DNA of 63,475 nt, counting the filler. It is 6 parts of 6 records of this genome, joined end to end, with 100 filler letters (N's around TTAATTAATTAA, not from the genome) between each part and the next. Parts side by side here need not be neighbours in the genome. Positions count along the whole stretch, not along the records: positions 1 to 12,267 come from SRR22947725_1714; 5 more parts are not named here. One strand, 5' to 3'. Below, piece by piece: positions 1 to 10,096 of this stretch. Both the position numbers and the translations under genes were made by a program. How positions within the stretch are numbered: position 1 is the first letter of the stretch; the number at the start of each line of letters is the position of its first letter. The notes below the pieces were generated by a model that saw only the letters and a program-made list of their open reading frames with translations, was not told the origin of the DNA and did no database searches.

Positions 1-30
1 GCTTCACTTCTGGCAGACCCAAGATTCTCG
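1..30 (+). repeat. 30-bp direct repeat, copy 1 (identical to 12238-12267)
   Basis: gcttcacttctggcagacccaagattctcg occurs at both ends of the first contig. Confidence 0.95.
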
Positions 31-555
31 CGTTTCGTAATCGAACGATGCCGACGCAGGGTCGAGTCAGGCAAGGACGTTTTTGTGCTGCTGGATTCCA
101 TTACGCGAGTAGCTAGATCCTACAATAGTGTGCATGGCGGAAGCGGACGCACGATGACGGGAGGAGTTGATGCGCGTGCCCTGGAAATCCCAAGAAAGAT
201 GTTTGCCTCTGCTCGTAAAATTGAAGAAGGGGGATCTCTGACGATTCTGGCAACGGCTCTGATTGATACTGGCTCAAGGATGGATGAACTGATTTTCCAG
301 GAATTCAAGGGCACTGGCAACATGGAGCTGATACTGGACAGAAAACTGTCTGACAGACGGCTCTACCCAGCTTTGGACATCCCAAAAAGCGGAACTCGCA
401 AGGAAGAGAAATTGTATGGGCAGAAGTGGATCCAAGCTATTCACAAACTACGCCGGGAGATGATTGATACCAATCCAATTGAAGCTTTGGAGACTTTGAG
501 TTCAGCGCTGAAGAAATACAAAACCAACGAAGAATTCCTGAAGCGCTTGCTTTGA
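31..555 (+). CDS. rho: Transcription termination factor Rho, C-terminal part (5'-truncated)
   Basis: Frame open from base 1; motifs [49 protein letters not shown]. Confidence 0.95.
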   Translation, partial: RFVIERCRRRVESGKDVFVLLDSITRVARSYNSVHGGSGRTMTGGVDARALEIPRKMFASARKIEEGGSLTILATALIDTGSRMDELIFQEFKGTGNMELILDRKLSDRRLYPALDIPKSGTRKEEKLYGQKWIQAIHKLRREMIDTNPIEALETLSSALKKYKTNEEFLKRLL

Positions 556-663
556 TATCAGGGCTGTTGCAGGCAAGAGCTCATGACCTGTTTGCTCTGA
601 AATCGTCTTTGAAAATGGCATGAGATCTCATATTCCAGATCAACCTCTACTGGACTGAAACTT

Positions 664-1659
664 ATGTCTCGCGCCAAGCTTCATTCAAGGCCCCCGATGG
701 AGCGGATGCTCCGCATTCATCAGGCAATTCAGTCTGGAATTTTCCCAAACGCAACGCGTCTGGCAGAACAGCTGGAAGTCAGCAAGAAGTCGATTCATCG
801 TGATATTGATTTCATGCGAGATCGTCTGGATCTCCCCGTGGAGTATGATGCAGCCAAATATGGCTATTTCTATACAGAGGAAGTCAGCGGATTCCCTACC
901 TTCACGGTAACTGAAGGGGAAATGGTGGCATTGTTTGTAGCGGAAAAAGCACTTCAACAATACCGCGGCACAACTTTTGAAAAGCCGTTATTGAGCGCCT
1001 TTCAAAAAATAGAAGAAGCACTACCGGACACGATTTCGCTTAATCTGTCAGCTTGGGATGATTCTATTTCATTTCGAACCAGCGCCATCCCCCAGATTGA
1101 TCTCGATATTTTTGATCATCTGGCAAAAGCTGTATCCAAACACAAGCAGCTCAAGCTGAATTATCGTAAACCCGGACATAAAAAGCCAGAGGCACGAAAG
1201 GTTAATCCTTATCACCTTGCCAATATCAATGGCGAATGGTTCCTGTTTGCCTATTGTCACTTAAGGAATGACCTGAGAACCTTTGTACCGTCTAGAATAC
1301 AGGCGATTGAAGAAACGGGTGTGACATTTCATCGGCCAAAAAAATTCTCCATTGAAAACAGGTTGCAGGGTAGTTTTGGAGTACATCACGGCAAGGAGAG
1401 TTTTAAAGTTGTCATAAGGTTTTCACATTTGGTGGCCGATTACATTCGTGAAAAAACATGGCATCCATCTCAGAAACTGAAATCACTACCTGACGATGGA
1501 GTTGAGCTGTCTCTAAGCTTGAGTAGCCTGGTTGAAATTCACCGTTGGGTCCTTGGATGGGGCGAGCAGGCGACAGTCATCGAACCTCCTGTTCTCAAGG
1601 ATCGCATTGTCAGGAGCGCCAAGGAAATCACGGCCACCTATTCCACCAGGTCAACATGA
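664..1659 (+). CDS. HTH-WYL-WCX transcriptional regulator (YafY/PafB-like)
   Basis: N-terminal wHTH (LAEQLEVSKKSIHRDIDFMR); WYL core (RKVNPYHL..GEWFLFAYCHLRNDLRTF..SRI); WCX tail (WHPSQ, WVLGWG..ATVIEP). Confidence 0.9.
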   Translation: MSRAKLHSRPPMERMLRIHQAIQSGIFPNATRLAEQLEVSKKSIHRDIDFMRDRLDLPVEYDAAKYGYFYTEEVSGFPTFTVTEGEMVALFVAEKALQQYRGTTFEKPLLSAFQKIEEALPDTISLNLSAWDDSISFRTSAIPQIDLDIFDHLAKAVSKHKQLKLNYRKPGHKKPEARKVNPYHLANINGEWFLFAYCHLRNDLRTFVPSRIQAIEETGVTFHRPKKFSIENRLQGSFGVHHGKESFKVVIRFSHLVADYIREKTWHPSQKLKSLPDDGVELSLSLSSLVEIHRWVLGWGEQATVIEPPVLKDRIVRSAKEITATYSTRST

Positions 1660-3078
1660 AGTCGATGGAAGACAGTTCCAAAGGAGTAGCCTGTTAGTAA
1701 CTGAGGTAACCTTGAACGCTTCTGCGATTCGCATTCCCTGAACCCAAAAAATCCCCCTTCCGGGAGCTTCCGCAATAATCAATGCTCTTCGTTGTCTGAT
1801 ATCGATTTTTTCATTGGTAAACCAATCCTGAAGTTTGATGCTTCCAGGGGCGCCTATGGGTTGGATACGATCCCCTGCTCTCCAATGGCGCAGCAAGATT
1901 CTTTGCCCGATCCGGTCTGCGTCAAAAACCTCCTGTTCCGCTTTCAGTGATAAATACGAAAACTCTGTCCCCTCCGCCTTCTGAATTGTCCATTCAAAAC
2001 GGCATTGAGAAAAACTCGAGTAGCCTGAAATATCATTCAGAACCCATTCGACAGATGTGTTTTCAAATTCAAGATCTGAATGATTTTTGACCTGCTCCAG
2101 CCAGGGAAACCGATCCAAGACTTTCACCAAACAACCAGAGGGTAACATTTCAAATGATCCAGACAAAGCAAGCCTAAGCCTTTCAATCCATGTAAATTCA
2201 GGTTTTACCCCTAAGCGAATGAGCGCACGGCGCATCAATTCACGCTGAAGTCCTATATGAAGTTTTTTGAAATCAAGCAAGCTATCCTCTTTTGCCTCCA
2301 ATTGATCCGCTTCTTTGAGAAGAAAATCGTGCTCCACCTTGATCAATTCGGCAGATCGCAGCATGCCATTTTTTGCACTATCCCCAAATTGACCAAGCAG
2401 GACCGGGAGCAAGGAGTGGCGGACACGATTCCTTTCGTATTTCAGGTCTTTGTTAGACTGATCTTCCCTCCATTCGAACTGACATTCGAGCGCGTACGCC
2501 ACAATCGCTTCACGATCTACTCCCAAAAAGGGTCTCCATAATTTCAAGGTATGCTGATTGGCAGACGACTGAAACGAGGACATACCTGATAAGCCTCCAG
2601 GCCCGCTCCCGCGCATCAACCTCATCAAGATAAGTTCCCACTGATCGTCCGCATGGTGTGCGAGAACCAGAATATTACAGTTGTGCAAGCGAGCCTGTTC
2701 GGCAAAAAACTGATAACGAAGGTTGCGGGCAGCCATTTCAATGGACTCCCTCGATTCCCGCGCACGAGAGCGTACGTCACCCCTACCAATCACACATTCA
2801 ACCCCCAGGATGCGGCACTGATTTTCCACCCAGGATGCATCCACCTCAGAAGCTTGATCTCTTAACTGATGATTGAAATGAACAACAACAATGGATTTCT
2901 TGTGTAATTCTTTGGTTGCAATGAGAAAATGCAACAGCACCATTGAATCCACTCCACCTGACACAGCAACCATCCAAGACTCGGCATGTGCCAGTTTCTC
3001 GTGGCGTTGAAGCGAATCAGATAAGGTCCGCTCCATTTCCATGTGAAAGGGTTTCTTTTTTTTCATATGAGAAGCCAA
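1651..3078 (-). CDS. tilS: tRNA(Ile)-lysidine synthetase
   Basis: PP-loop SGGVDS, HFNHQLR, EMAARNLRY, AHHADDQ, RNRVRH; TilS C-terminal LRHWRAGDRI. Confidence 0.95.
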   Translation of the reverse strand: MASHMKKKKPFHMEMERTLSDSLQRHEKLAHAESWMVAVSGGVDSMVLLHFLIATKELHKKSIVVVHFNHQLRDQASEVDASWVENQCRILGVECVIGRGDVRSRARESRESIEMAARNLRYQFFAEQARLHNCNILVLAHHADDQWELILMRLMRGSGPGGLSGMSSFQSSANQHTLKLWRPFLGVDREAIVAYALECQFEWREDQSNKDLKYERNRVRHSLLPVLLGQFGDSAKNGMLRSAELIKVEHDFLLKEADQLEAKEDSLLDFKKLHIGLQRELMRRALIRLGVKPEFTWIERLRLALSGSFEMLPSGCLVKVLDRFPWLEQVKNHSDLEFENTSVEWVLNDISGYSSFSQCRFEWTIQKAEGTEFSYLSLKAEQEVFDADRIGQRILLRHWRAGDRIQPIGAPGSIKLQDWFTNEKIDIRQRRALIIAEAPGRGIFWVQGMRIAEAFKVTSVTNRLLLWNCLPSTSC

Positions 3079-3183
3079 GTTAAATGGATCCGCCAGAATG
3101 AATCAAATTTTCTTCAAAAGGTATTGAAATCCCATGAAAGGCACAATTAAGATACGCGCCTGCTTCTTAATTGAATCAGGGGT

Positions 3184-3261
3184 CGGGGCGTAGCGTAGTC
3201 TGGCTAGCGCGCCTGAATGGGGTTCAGGAGGTCGGGAGTTCGAATCTCCCCGCCCCGACCA
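3184..3261 (+). tRNA. tRNA-Pro (GGG)
   Basis: Acceptor stem cggggcg/cgccccg; anticodon arm cctga-atGGGgt-tcagg; T-loop gttcgaatc; encoded CCA. Confidence 0.95.
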
Positions 3262-3327
3262 TTTTTCTGTCCATCGTGTATTCAAAACGATGAATGCTTT
3301 ATTGCCACCGAGTTTTTTTTACAACAT

Positions 3328-3798
3328 TTAGTAAACTTGTTTGATATTACCTGACAGACCACTTTTTAGCTCATACCGATCTGATTGTTTTTTCCCAAGT
3401 ATGGCAATACCAACAGGAGATTCGGGAGTCACAACAGTCACTTCTCCAAAATCTAATTTCAATTCAGTACCTCCACCGTGATTCATCAGAAAGAAGAACA
3501 TCGTTTCTCCATCTGAATCCACTTTCACCAAAGCCCCCACTCCAATCTGTTTCCCCACAAATGATTGTGCTTCCATGGCACGCAGTTCATCCACCTGAGC
3601 GGCGGTCTGTTTGAACTGAAGTGCGTGCCCACGCGCTAAATAGGACGCTTCCAAACCACAGGTATCCCACTTGGTTTCAGCTCTGGATTCGGCATTGGTC
3701 GCTCCATCAGATGCATTCTTGTTGGCGTTGAATTGACGACGCAAATTGGATTCCATGACCTCTAAGAGGCCTGTGATAATTTGAGATTTGTCCAGCAT
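3328..3798 (-). CDS. GreA/GreB-family C-terminal domain protein
   Basis: AETKWDT..LEASYLARG coiled-coil and IGVGALVKV...VVTPESPVGIAILGKK. Confidence 0.8.
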   Translation of the reverse strand: MLDKSQIITGLLEVMESNLRRQFNANKNASDGATNAESRAETKWDTCGLEASYLARGHALQFKQTAAQVDELRAMEAQSFVGKQIGVGALVKVDSDGETMFFFLMNHGGGTELKLDFGEVTVVTPESPVGIAILGKKQSDRYELKSGLSGNIKQVY

Positions 3799-4026
3799 TT
3801 AAAGTTTCAATGCCTTTTTGAACCCCTTTTTGTCAATACAAGATCCTGAGTATCTCTGATTTCGTAATCCAAAACTGGTCAAGAAAAACAAAACCAGCAA
3901 ACGCCTTTATCATACATCGCAATCAGCATAAGTCTTCTTGTACCGCTTGACGCCTTACTTCCACACCTTAAAGTAGCTCTTGGGCGCAACTTTGGAGCCC
4001 CAATGTGTTCATTAGAGTTAAGGTTT

Positions 4027-5325
4027 ATGCCACAATTTTCATATAAAGCGCGCAAGCGAAGCGGCGAATTGGTCCAAGGCGTCCTGGAAGTTCCGGACCG
4101 CTCAGCAGCCCTTTCCCAAATTGAAATGGAAGGAATGCTCCCCATTGCTCTGGATGCTGTCAAGAGTAAGGGTAAGGGCGCAAGAAAGGCATCCTCTTCA
4201 TCATCACAAGCAAGCCGCAAGTCATCAAGTAACGGGGAAGGATCCGCACCTCCTATCCTCCGCGAAATCTTCGGACGGAAGCGCAAGCCAAAACTGCAGG
4301 AACTCGCGACTTACACCCAGCAATTGGCAAACCTTCTCCACTCTGGCATGCCCCTCACAGTAGCTTTGAACAGTATGACGCATCTGCAGAGCAAGGGGAT
4401 CCCCAAAGAAATTAGTGAACAATTGCGTCAGGACGTCATGGAAGGTAAAGGACTCTCAGATGCAATGAGTAAACAGCCTCATATTTTTACGGATCTATAT
4501 GTCAACATGATTCGAGCAGGTGAACAGAGCGGTGCATTAGAGGAAGTACTCCATCGACTGGCGGCCCACTTTGAGCGATTCGCAGAGGTAAGGCAAAAGT
4601 TTGTTTCAGCTCTTATTTACCCTATCATCGTAGGTTCCGTTGGATTAGGCATCATCATTCTGTTCATGACGGTCATTTTGCCTAAATTCACTCAGATCTT
4701 CACCGACATGAAGGTCCCTCTGCCAGCATCTACTCAAGCTTTGATCACGATGAGTCGAATTTCGGCCTCTTACTGGTGGCTGGCTCCCCTGGTGTTCGTC
4801 GTCTTTTTGATTATTTACAAAAGGTTCAGTTCAACACCTTCCGGGCGTCATTCCATTGATAAATGGAAGTTATCCATTCCGGTCATAGGAAATGTTTTCA
4901 AACTAAACCTATTCGGGCAATTTGCGCGCACACTGGCCACCTTGCTCAAAAATGGTGTCCCTGTCCTGACCGCATTGAAAATCACCGAGAAAGTCATCCC
5001 TAATACAGTTTTGTCGGAGGCTATTGCCAAGACACGTGAAGATGTCACCGACGGTAAAACCATTTCTCAACCACTCAACCGCAGCAAAGTCTTTCCCCAG
5101 CTAATGATCGATCTGATCAAGATCGGGGAAGAAACAGGGGATGTGCCAGGTTCATTGCAAAGCGTTGCTGAAACCTATGAAAACGAACTCACCATCGCCC
5201 TTCGTGTAATGACTAATCTGGTCGAACCTGCGATGATCATTCTCATGGCAATTGGTGTGGGCGGACTGCTGTTCAGCATCCTCTCCGCCATGTTCCAAAT
5301 CACTTCAACTATTGGTAGTCGATGA
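4027..5325 (+). CDS. gspF: Type II secretion/T4P inner-membrane platform protein (GspF/PilC family)
   Basis: Likely start MPQFSYKAR; QLANLLHSGMPL, MIRAGEQSGAL, ALIYP, IGEETGD, LVEPAMI. Confidence 0.92.
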   Translation: MPQFSYKARKRSGELVQGVLEVPDRSAALSQIEMEGMLPIALDAVKSKGKGARKASSSSSQASRKSSSNGEGSAPPILREIFGRKRKPKLQELATYTQQLANLLHSGMPLTVALNSMTHLQSKGIPKEISEQLRQDVMEGKGLSDAMSKQPHIFTDLYVNMIRAGEQSGALEEVLHRLAAHFERFAEVRQKFVSALIYPIIVGSVGLGIIILFMTVILPKFTQIFTDMKVPLPASTQALITMSRISASYWWLAPLVFVVFLIIYKRFSSTPSGRHSIDKWKLSIPVIGNVFKLNLFGQFARTLATLLKNGVPVLTALKITEKVIPNTVLSEAIAKTREDVTDGKTISQPLNRSKVFPQLMIDLIKIGEETGDVPGSLQSVAETYENELTIALRVMTNLVEPAMIILMAIGVGGLLFSILSAMFQITSTIGSR

Positions 5326-5918
5326 CGTTCTCCCTGACGCAAAAAAACAAGGGGTTCACCCTCATCGAAGTCATGCTTGTGACAGGCATGATGCTTTTAT
5401 TACTGGGTTGGGGCGTCCCTAATATGTTGCGAGCTCTGGAAAAGCACGGGATCGCAAAAGCCAGCATGGACATCATGGACGGCTGCAAACAGGCACGCGC
5501 TTTGGCCATTCTAAAAGGAACAACAGCTGAATTTGTGATCACTGACGACGGGGAGTCTTATGTTTTATTTGTCGCTCAAACAAGCACCCCTCGCTTGATG
5601 AACACCGAAGCGGCCCAGGCGCCAGAGGACATGTATGCGCCGGGGCCCTTGCCATCGACGACTTCAAGAAAGACCAAAAGCGCTCTCGAGGAGCTGGATG
5701 GCTTCAGGAGGCGCCTTGATCAAGATATTGCACTGGAAACAATTGACGTCAATTTCATTGACCAAATGGCAGGCAATGAGGCTCGTGTGCGTTTTTTTGC
5801 GAATGGAACCTCGGATGAGTTCACAACCACGGTTCTTATGAACGAGGATCGGCGCATTATCAGTCTGGACCCTATCACAGGATTACCGAGCATGGTGGAT
5901 CCCAAATACCTCGACTGA
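5322..5918 (+). CDS. Type II secretion minor pseudopilin, GspH-like
   Basis: Prepilin cleavage motif KG|FTLIEVMLV; ARALAI and RFFANGT motifs; 4-bp overlap with gspF. Confidence 0.8.
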   Translation: MTFSLTQKNKGFTLIEVMLVTGMMLLLLGWGVPNMLRALEKHGIAKASMDIMDGCKQARALAILKGTTAEFVITDDGESYVLFVAQTSTPRLMNTEAAQAPEDMYAPGPLPSTTSRKTKSALEELDGFRRRLDQDIALETIDVNFIDQMAGNEARVRFFANGTSDEFTTTVLMNEDRRIISLDPITGLPSMVDPKYLD

Positions 5919-5937
5919 ATCTGAAAAAGATTACCCC

Positions 5938-6372
5938 ATGCGCATCCAAACAGGAACTTCCAGATACAGGCAAGCCTCCATCAGGTGGGCCTTCAGTCTA
6001 TTGGAAGTCATGATTGCCATTGCGATCTTTTTTACATCCGTCTTTGTCATTCTTGAATTAACAAGTCAGCACCTTCGTACGGCCCGCATCCTTCAAACAC
6101 TGGATGTGGATCGCACCAGTTTACCTTCCTTGCTTTCCATTACCAATTACCTGGAAATGGGTCCGTTGCCCATTGACGTTAAAATTCAATACGAAGATGC
6201 TCACCCGGGTGTCACCGTCAATGGATTCATCGAAGAAGTTGCCACGAACGGTTTATTCAGGATCGACTATTCCATTCATTGGATGTCTGAAAACAGCATG
6301 CGCCAGTCCCGCAACAGCATCTTGTTGTGGCGACCTAACATGGCAGGGGCAAGGGGACCTCTCTCAAGATGA
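5938..6372 (+). CDS. Type II secretion minor pseudopilin, GspI-like
   Basis: A|FSLLEVMIAIAIF prepilin motif; small size and position in operon. Confidence 0.75.
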   Translation: MRIQTGTSRYRQASIRWAFSLLEVMIAIAIFFTSVFVILELTSQHLRTARILQTLDVDRTSLPSLLSITNYLEMGPLPIDVKIQYEDAHPGVTVNGFIEEVATNGLFRIDYSIHWMSENSMRQSRNSILLWRPNMAGARGPLSR

Positions 6373-7142
6373 AGATTCACCTCAACACTATTGGCGTTCA
6401 ATGCAGAGGCCCTGAAGCAAATAGAGCCAAAGAATCTGGAGTCCGCACCGGATCTGCCAATGCATTCACCCTCATTGAAATCATGGTAGCAGTGGGCGTA
6501 TTGGGGGGCCTGATGGTGGCAATCTTCGCTTCCTGGCACGTCATTGTTCGCAGTTCACAAATAGGTATAACCGCATCCGTGGAAGCTCACCGAACGCGTG
6601 TCGCCGTTCGATCCCTGACCGATGCCATGACTTCGGCGATTATTTATGAATTGAACATGCCCTATTACGCCTTTCTCACAGACACAACTGAATCTTTCGC
6701 TGCATTCAGTCTGGTCTCAAGATTGCCGTCCACCTTTCCTGGGAGCGGTTTATTTTTCGACCAACCTCTGCGGCGTGTGACGTTCAGTGTGGAACCTACA
6801 AATTCCATGCATCAACTCATTATGCGCCAGAACCCGATCCTTTCTCCATTGGATCAAGGGCAGGAACCCTATCCCATGGTGCTGGCGAATAATGTCGGTG
6901 AATTCAAGATGGAATTTCTTGATATTCAATCTGGTGAATGGGTGCCGGAATGGGGCTTTACCAACCAGATGCCCGCCATGATTCGATTTTCACTGGGTTT
7001 TATTTCTCCAGCTTCCGGAAAGGTTGATGAAAACAGGATCATCAAACGTATTGTGCAAATACCAGCAGGTACCGTGAGAGCAGCATGGCAGCGACCCGTA
7101 TCACCCGCTGGGGCCTCAGGGATTCCACGTCAACTTCAGTAG
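6369..7142 (+). CDS. Type II secretion minor pseudopilin, GspJ-like
   Basis: A|FTLIEIMVAV motif; C-terminal W..EW...NQMP; overlaps upstream gene. Confidence 0.8.
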   Translation: MKIHLNTIGVQCRGPEANRAKESGVRTGSANAFTLIEIMVAVGVLGGLMVAIFASWHVIVRSSQIGITASVEAHRTRVAVRSLTDAMTSAIIYELNMPYYAFLTDTTESFAAFSLVSRLPSTFPGSGLFFDQPLRRVTFSVEPTNSMHQLIMRQNPILSPLDQGQEPYPMVLANNVGEFKMEFLDIQSGEWVPEWGFTNQMPAMIRFSLGFISPASGKVDENRIIKRIVQIPAGTVRAAWQRPVSPAGASGIPRQLQ

Positions 7143-7147
7143 ATCCA

Positions 7148-8221
7148 ATGCGAATCCCTCACTCACAACAGCCTAATTCAGCGAAAGACCAATCAGGCAT
7201 TGCTCTGATTATGGTGATGGTGGTCGTTCTTGCTCTGGGTATCATGGCGGCGCATTTCAGCTTTTCAATGAAAATTGAAACTCGACTGGCTATCAATACG
7301 ACGAGAGATCCCGATATGGAATGGATGGGGCGCTCAGGCGTGGAACTTGCCAAATATGTCCTGTCTGAAAAGATGACCATCCCTATTGAAAACCAATTCG
7401 ATTCATTGAACCAAATGTGGGCGGGGGGCCCATTCGGAACAAACGAGGTACTGGCTGCGATTTCGCTGCGAGATGTCTCTTTGGGCGACGGTGTCATCAA
7501 TGTCAAAATTGAAGATTTGGAACGGAGATTTAATGTCAACGTCCATGGGCCAGAGATCATTGCTCAAGCCTTGCTTTACATGGGGGTCGAGTCATTTCAA
7601 TCTTCAGTTATCATGGATTCGTTGATGGACTGGGTAGACCCTGACTTGATGGTACGAACCAATGGTGCTGATGAGGAAGATTATCTGGCCGAGCCCAATC
7701 CTCCCTTCCCTCCTTACCTTGTCAAAAACGGCCCTATCGATGACCTCTCCGAACTTCTTTTCATCCGAGGCATCACGCCTGAGATCTATTACGGCATTCC
7801 TTCTTTAGATCCTTCAATGATGCCCATGGGGATGGGAACGGGAACATTTGGTTTGGTTGATTTATTCACCGCCGTTGGGGGGTTTCAGGTCAATATCAAC
7901 ACTGCTTCACCAGCCGTTTTGCAAATGATACCAGGAATGGACGAAAATCTCGCCTTTGACATTGTCATGACTCGCGCTGGATTCGATGGCATGGATGGAA
8001 CGGAAGACGACTTGCCTTATGTCCGCATCCAGGACTTGCTCACCGTGCCCAGTATCACTCCTGATATCATGCAAAGTCTCCGACGCTATGTGACGAATCG
8101 CAGCAACACATTTGAAGTGATTGTCGAAGCTCAAATCGATGAGTACAGTCGGATTTACAGGGCCTTAATCGTCCGCGTGAGTGCACGGGAATTCGCAGTC
8201 CTGAACATGCGGTGGGAGTAG
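7148..8221 (+). CDS. gspK: Type II secretion minor pseudopilin GspK
   Basis: G|IALIMVMVV lacking E5; DSLNQMWA, IEDLERRFNVN, DWVDPD, ELLFIRGIT, VNINTAS. Confidence 0.9.
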   Translation: MRIPHSQQPNSAKDQSGIALIMVMVVVLALGIMAAHFSFSMKIETRLAINTTRDPDMEWMGRSGVELAKYVLSEKMTIPIENQFDSLNQMWAGGPFGTNEVLAAISLRDVSLGDGVINVKIEDLERRFNVNVHGPEIIAQALLYMGVESFQSSVIMDSLMDWVDPDLMVRTNGADEEDYLAEPNPPFPPYLVKNGPIDDLSELLFIRGITPEIYYGIPSLDPSMMPMGMGTGTFGLVDLFTAVGGFQVNINTASPAVLQMIPGMDENLAFDIVMTRAGFDGMDGTEDDLPYVRIQDLLTVPSITPDIMQSLRRYVTNRSNTFEVIVEAQIDEYSRIYRALIVRVSAREFAVLNMRWE

Positions 8222-8241
8222 AGGATCTCATTAAAAGCTCC

Positions 8242-8922
8242 ATGCAAGCGAAGTTAATTTTCATCACCGGAACGAATACGGGCACTGGAAAAACCTTGCT
8301 GACATGCCTCGGATTACATTACTTGCGCCAACACAATCATGCAGCTGCCGGTTTTAAGCCGTTCTGTTCTGGCTCAAGAAGTGATGCACATCATATTCAT
8401 TTTCACAGCGGCAAAATCTGGAACATTGAAGAGGTGAACCCATGGCATTTCGCCCCCCCACTTTCGCCAGGCGCCATGCCCAAAAGATCTCAAATCGGCA
8501 TGGCACAAGTCATCGAACAGATAAGAGGTAAACAAACGCAGTGCAGCCATCTCATTGTCGAAGGTGCAGGTGGGATCATGTCACCACTCGGCGCTGATTA
8601 TCATTTCGGCGATTTAATCAAACATTTTAAACCATCCTTACTTCTTGCAGCCCCCAACAAACTAGGGGTCTTGAATCAGGTTCTTTTAACAAGTGATTAC
8701 CTGAAACAAACAAAGAAGCACATTCAATTGAAAATCGTGTTGATGGGACAGAAAAAAGCGGACCCATCATCTCAATCCAATGCAAAGATATTGCGTGAAT
8801 GGATCCCAAACAGCCCCGTGATTGAATTACCTTTCATGGGACCACAGGCTAAGTCTCGCGCATCCATTCAAAAAAACGGGCAAAGACTGAATCTCACACT
8901 GAAAGCACTGTTTTCGACGTGA
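8242..8922 (+). CDS. bioD: Dethiobiotin synthase
   Basis: FITGTNTGTGKT P-loop, FKP, PLSP, IVEGAGG, LGVLNQ; ATG at 8242 is the likely start. Confidence 0.9.
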   Translation: MQAKLIFITGTNTGTGKTLLTCLGLHYLRQHNHAAAGFKPFCSGSRSDAHHIHFHSGKIWNIEEVNPWHFAPPLSPGAMPKRSQIGMAQVIEQIRGKQTQCSHLIVEGAGGIMSPLGADYHFGDLIKHFKPSLLLAAPNKLGVLNQVLLTSDYLKQTKKHIQLKIVLMGQKKADPSSQSNAKILREWIPNSPVIELPFMGPQAKSRASIQKNGQRLNLTLKALFST

Positions 8923-9073
8923 CGCGCATCCTGATACCCTGCTGAAAGCAAGCGCAACGCCATCTATCCGTACTTCAGCATTGCCTCCCAAGGATTCCTT
9001 GAGGTTTTGAAGAAATCCTTCCACCAGCATTTCGGTAATCTGTGGATTCAGTCAAGCCTTGGAAATCCTTCCA

Positions 9074-9969
9074 TCAAGCCCATTTCAAGGATGTCGTTTT
9101 CCCATGATCAGCCATGTTTCCCCCTGCGGCATTTAAAGTCAGATCCACACCTTTGTCTTTGAATCGGGCATTTATCCAGCCAACCGGTTGTGCATCATTA
9201 AAATTATAGCCCACTGCAGGTAAATTGATCAGATGCTTTCCTTCACGGAATCCATATTCATAGACATGAGAGTGACCGTAAAAGATGGCTTTCACCTTTG
9301 GATGAGGTTTGAGAATTTGAAACATGCGATCAGCATCGAGTAAATCACCATCTCTATCGCCTAGAGTATGGTGCACAAAAAAAACAACCGGGCGATCATC
9401 TACCTGATTCAAAAATGTCTTTAGCCAGGTCCGCTGCGCTTTCCCAAGCAAGCCTGCAACTTTATCCACGTAGAGTAGCGAATCTAATTGAACAATACGA
9501 ACAGCCGGGTGTTCGATGACTACCACATGCTTATTTTCTATTTCAGCGGTGTTGTCCTTGCTGGGTTGCATGACCTTGTGAAAATTTTCACGATGATCGT
9601 GATTTCCCATCCCTATGAATATGGGGCACTCGGCGGCAAGTGGATTGAGCAATTGCTTTAATTCCCGGTAATCCTCTACCTCTCCTGTCAATCGAGCCGC
9701 GTCACCATTAATCAATGCCGCTTGAGGCTTGGCAGCAATGACATCAGGCATGATTCGATTCAAATTTTCCCAGGGCCTGAATCCACGATACTCATTGGAT
9801 TTATCCGCGGGGATGTGAGTGTCAGAAAGGAGTGCAAGATGAAAGGAGTCATCCCCTTCCTGAGACTGAACAGGAGCCAAGCCGATCATAGCCGTTGTTA
9901 ACACTCCATTTCGGATAAAGCTCCGCAGATTGGTTTCTTTGCTGAATAGGGATGGCATTTCATTAACAT
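9074..9969 (-). CDS. Calcineurin-like metallophosphoesterase (Icc/CpdA-like), probably exported
   Basis: DTH, GD, GNHD, HH, GHSH motifs; start codon uncertain (ORF open to 10057). Confidence 0.85.
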
Positions 9970-10096
9970 GCAAAAAATGGCACATTTCGCAAGGTTTATC
10001 ATGGTTTCGCGAAGACAAATGGTTACTTGATCGTCGACGGTATTTTCTGTGCGGCACTTACCCTGAATCCCCTTTCAATCAGCAAGGATGCCCTGA

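Noticed and set aside
664-1659. WYL gene as marker of a CRISPR or defence island
   Set aside because: Flanked by rho and tilS; no cas genes, repeat-spacer array or defence genes in the window.
3103-3285. 60-aa minus-strand ORF
   Set aside because: Antisense shadow of tRNA-Pro.
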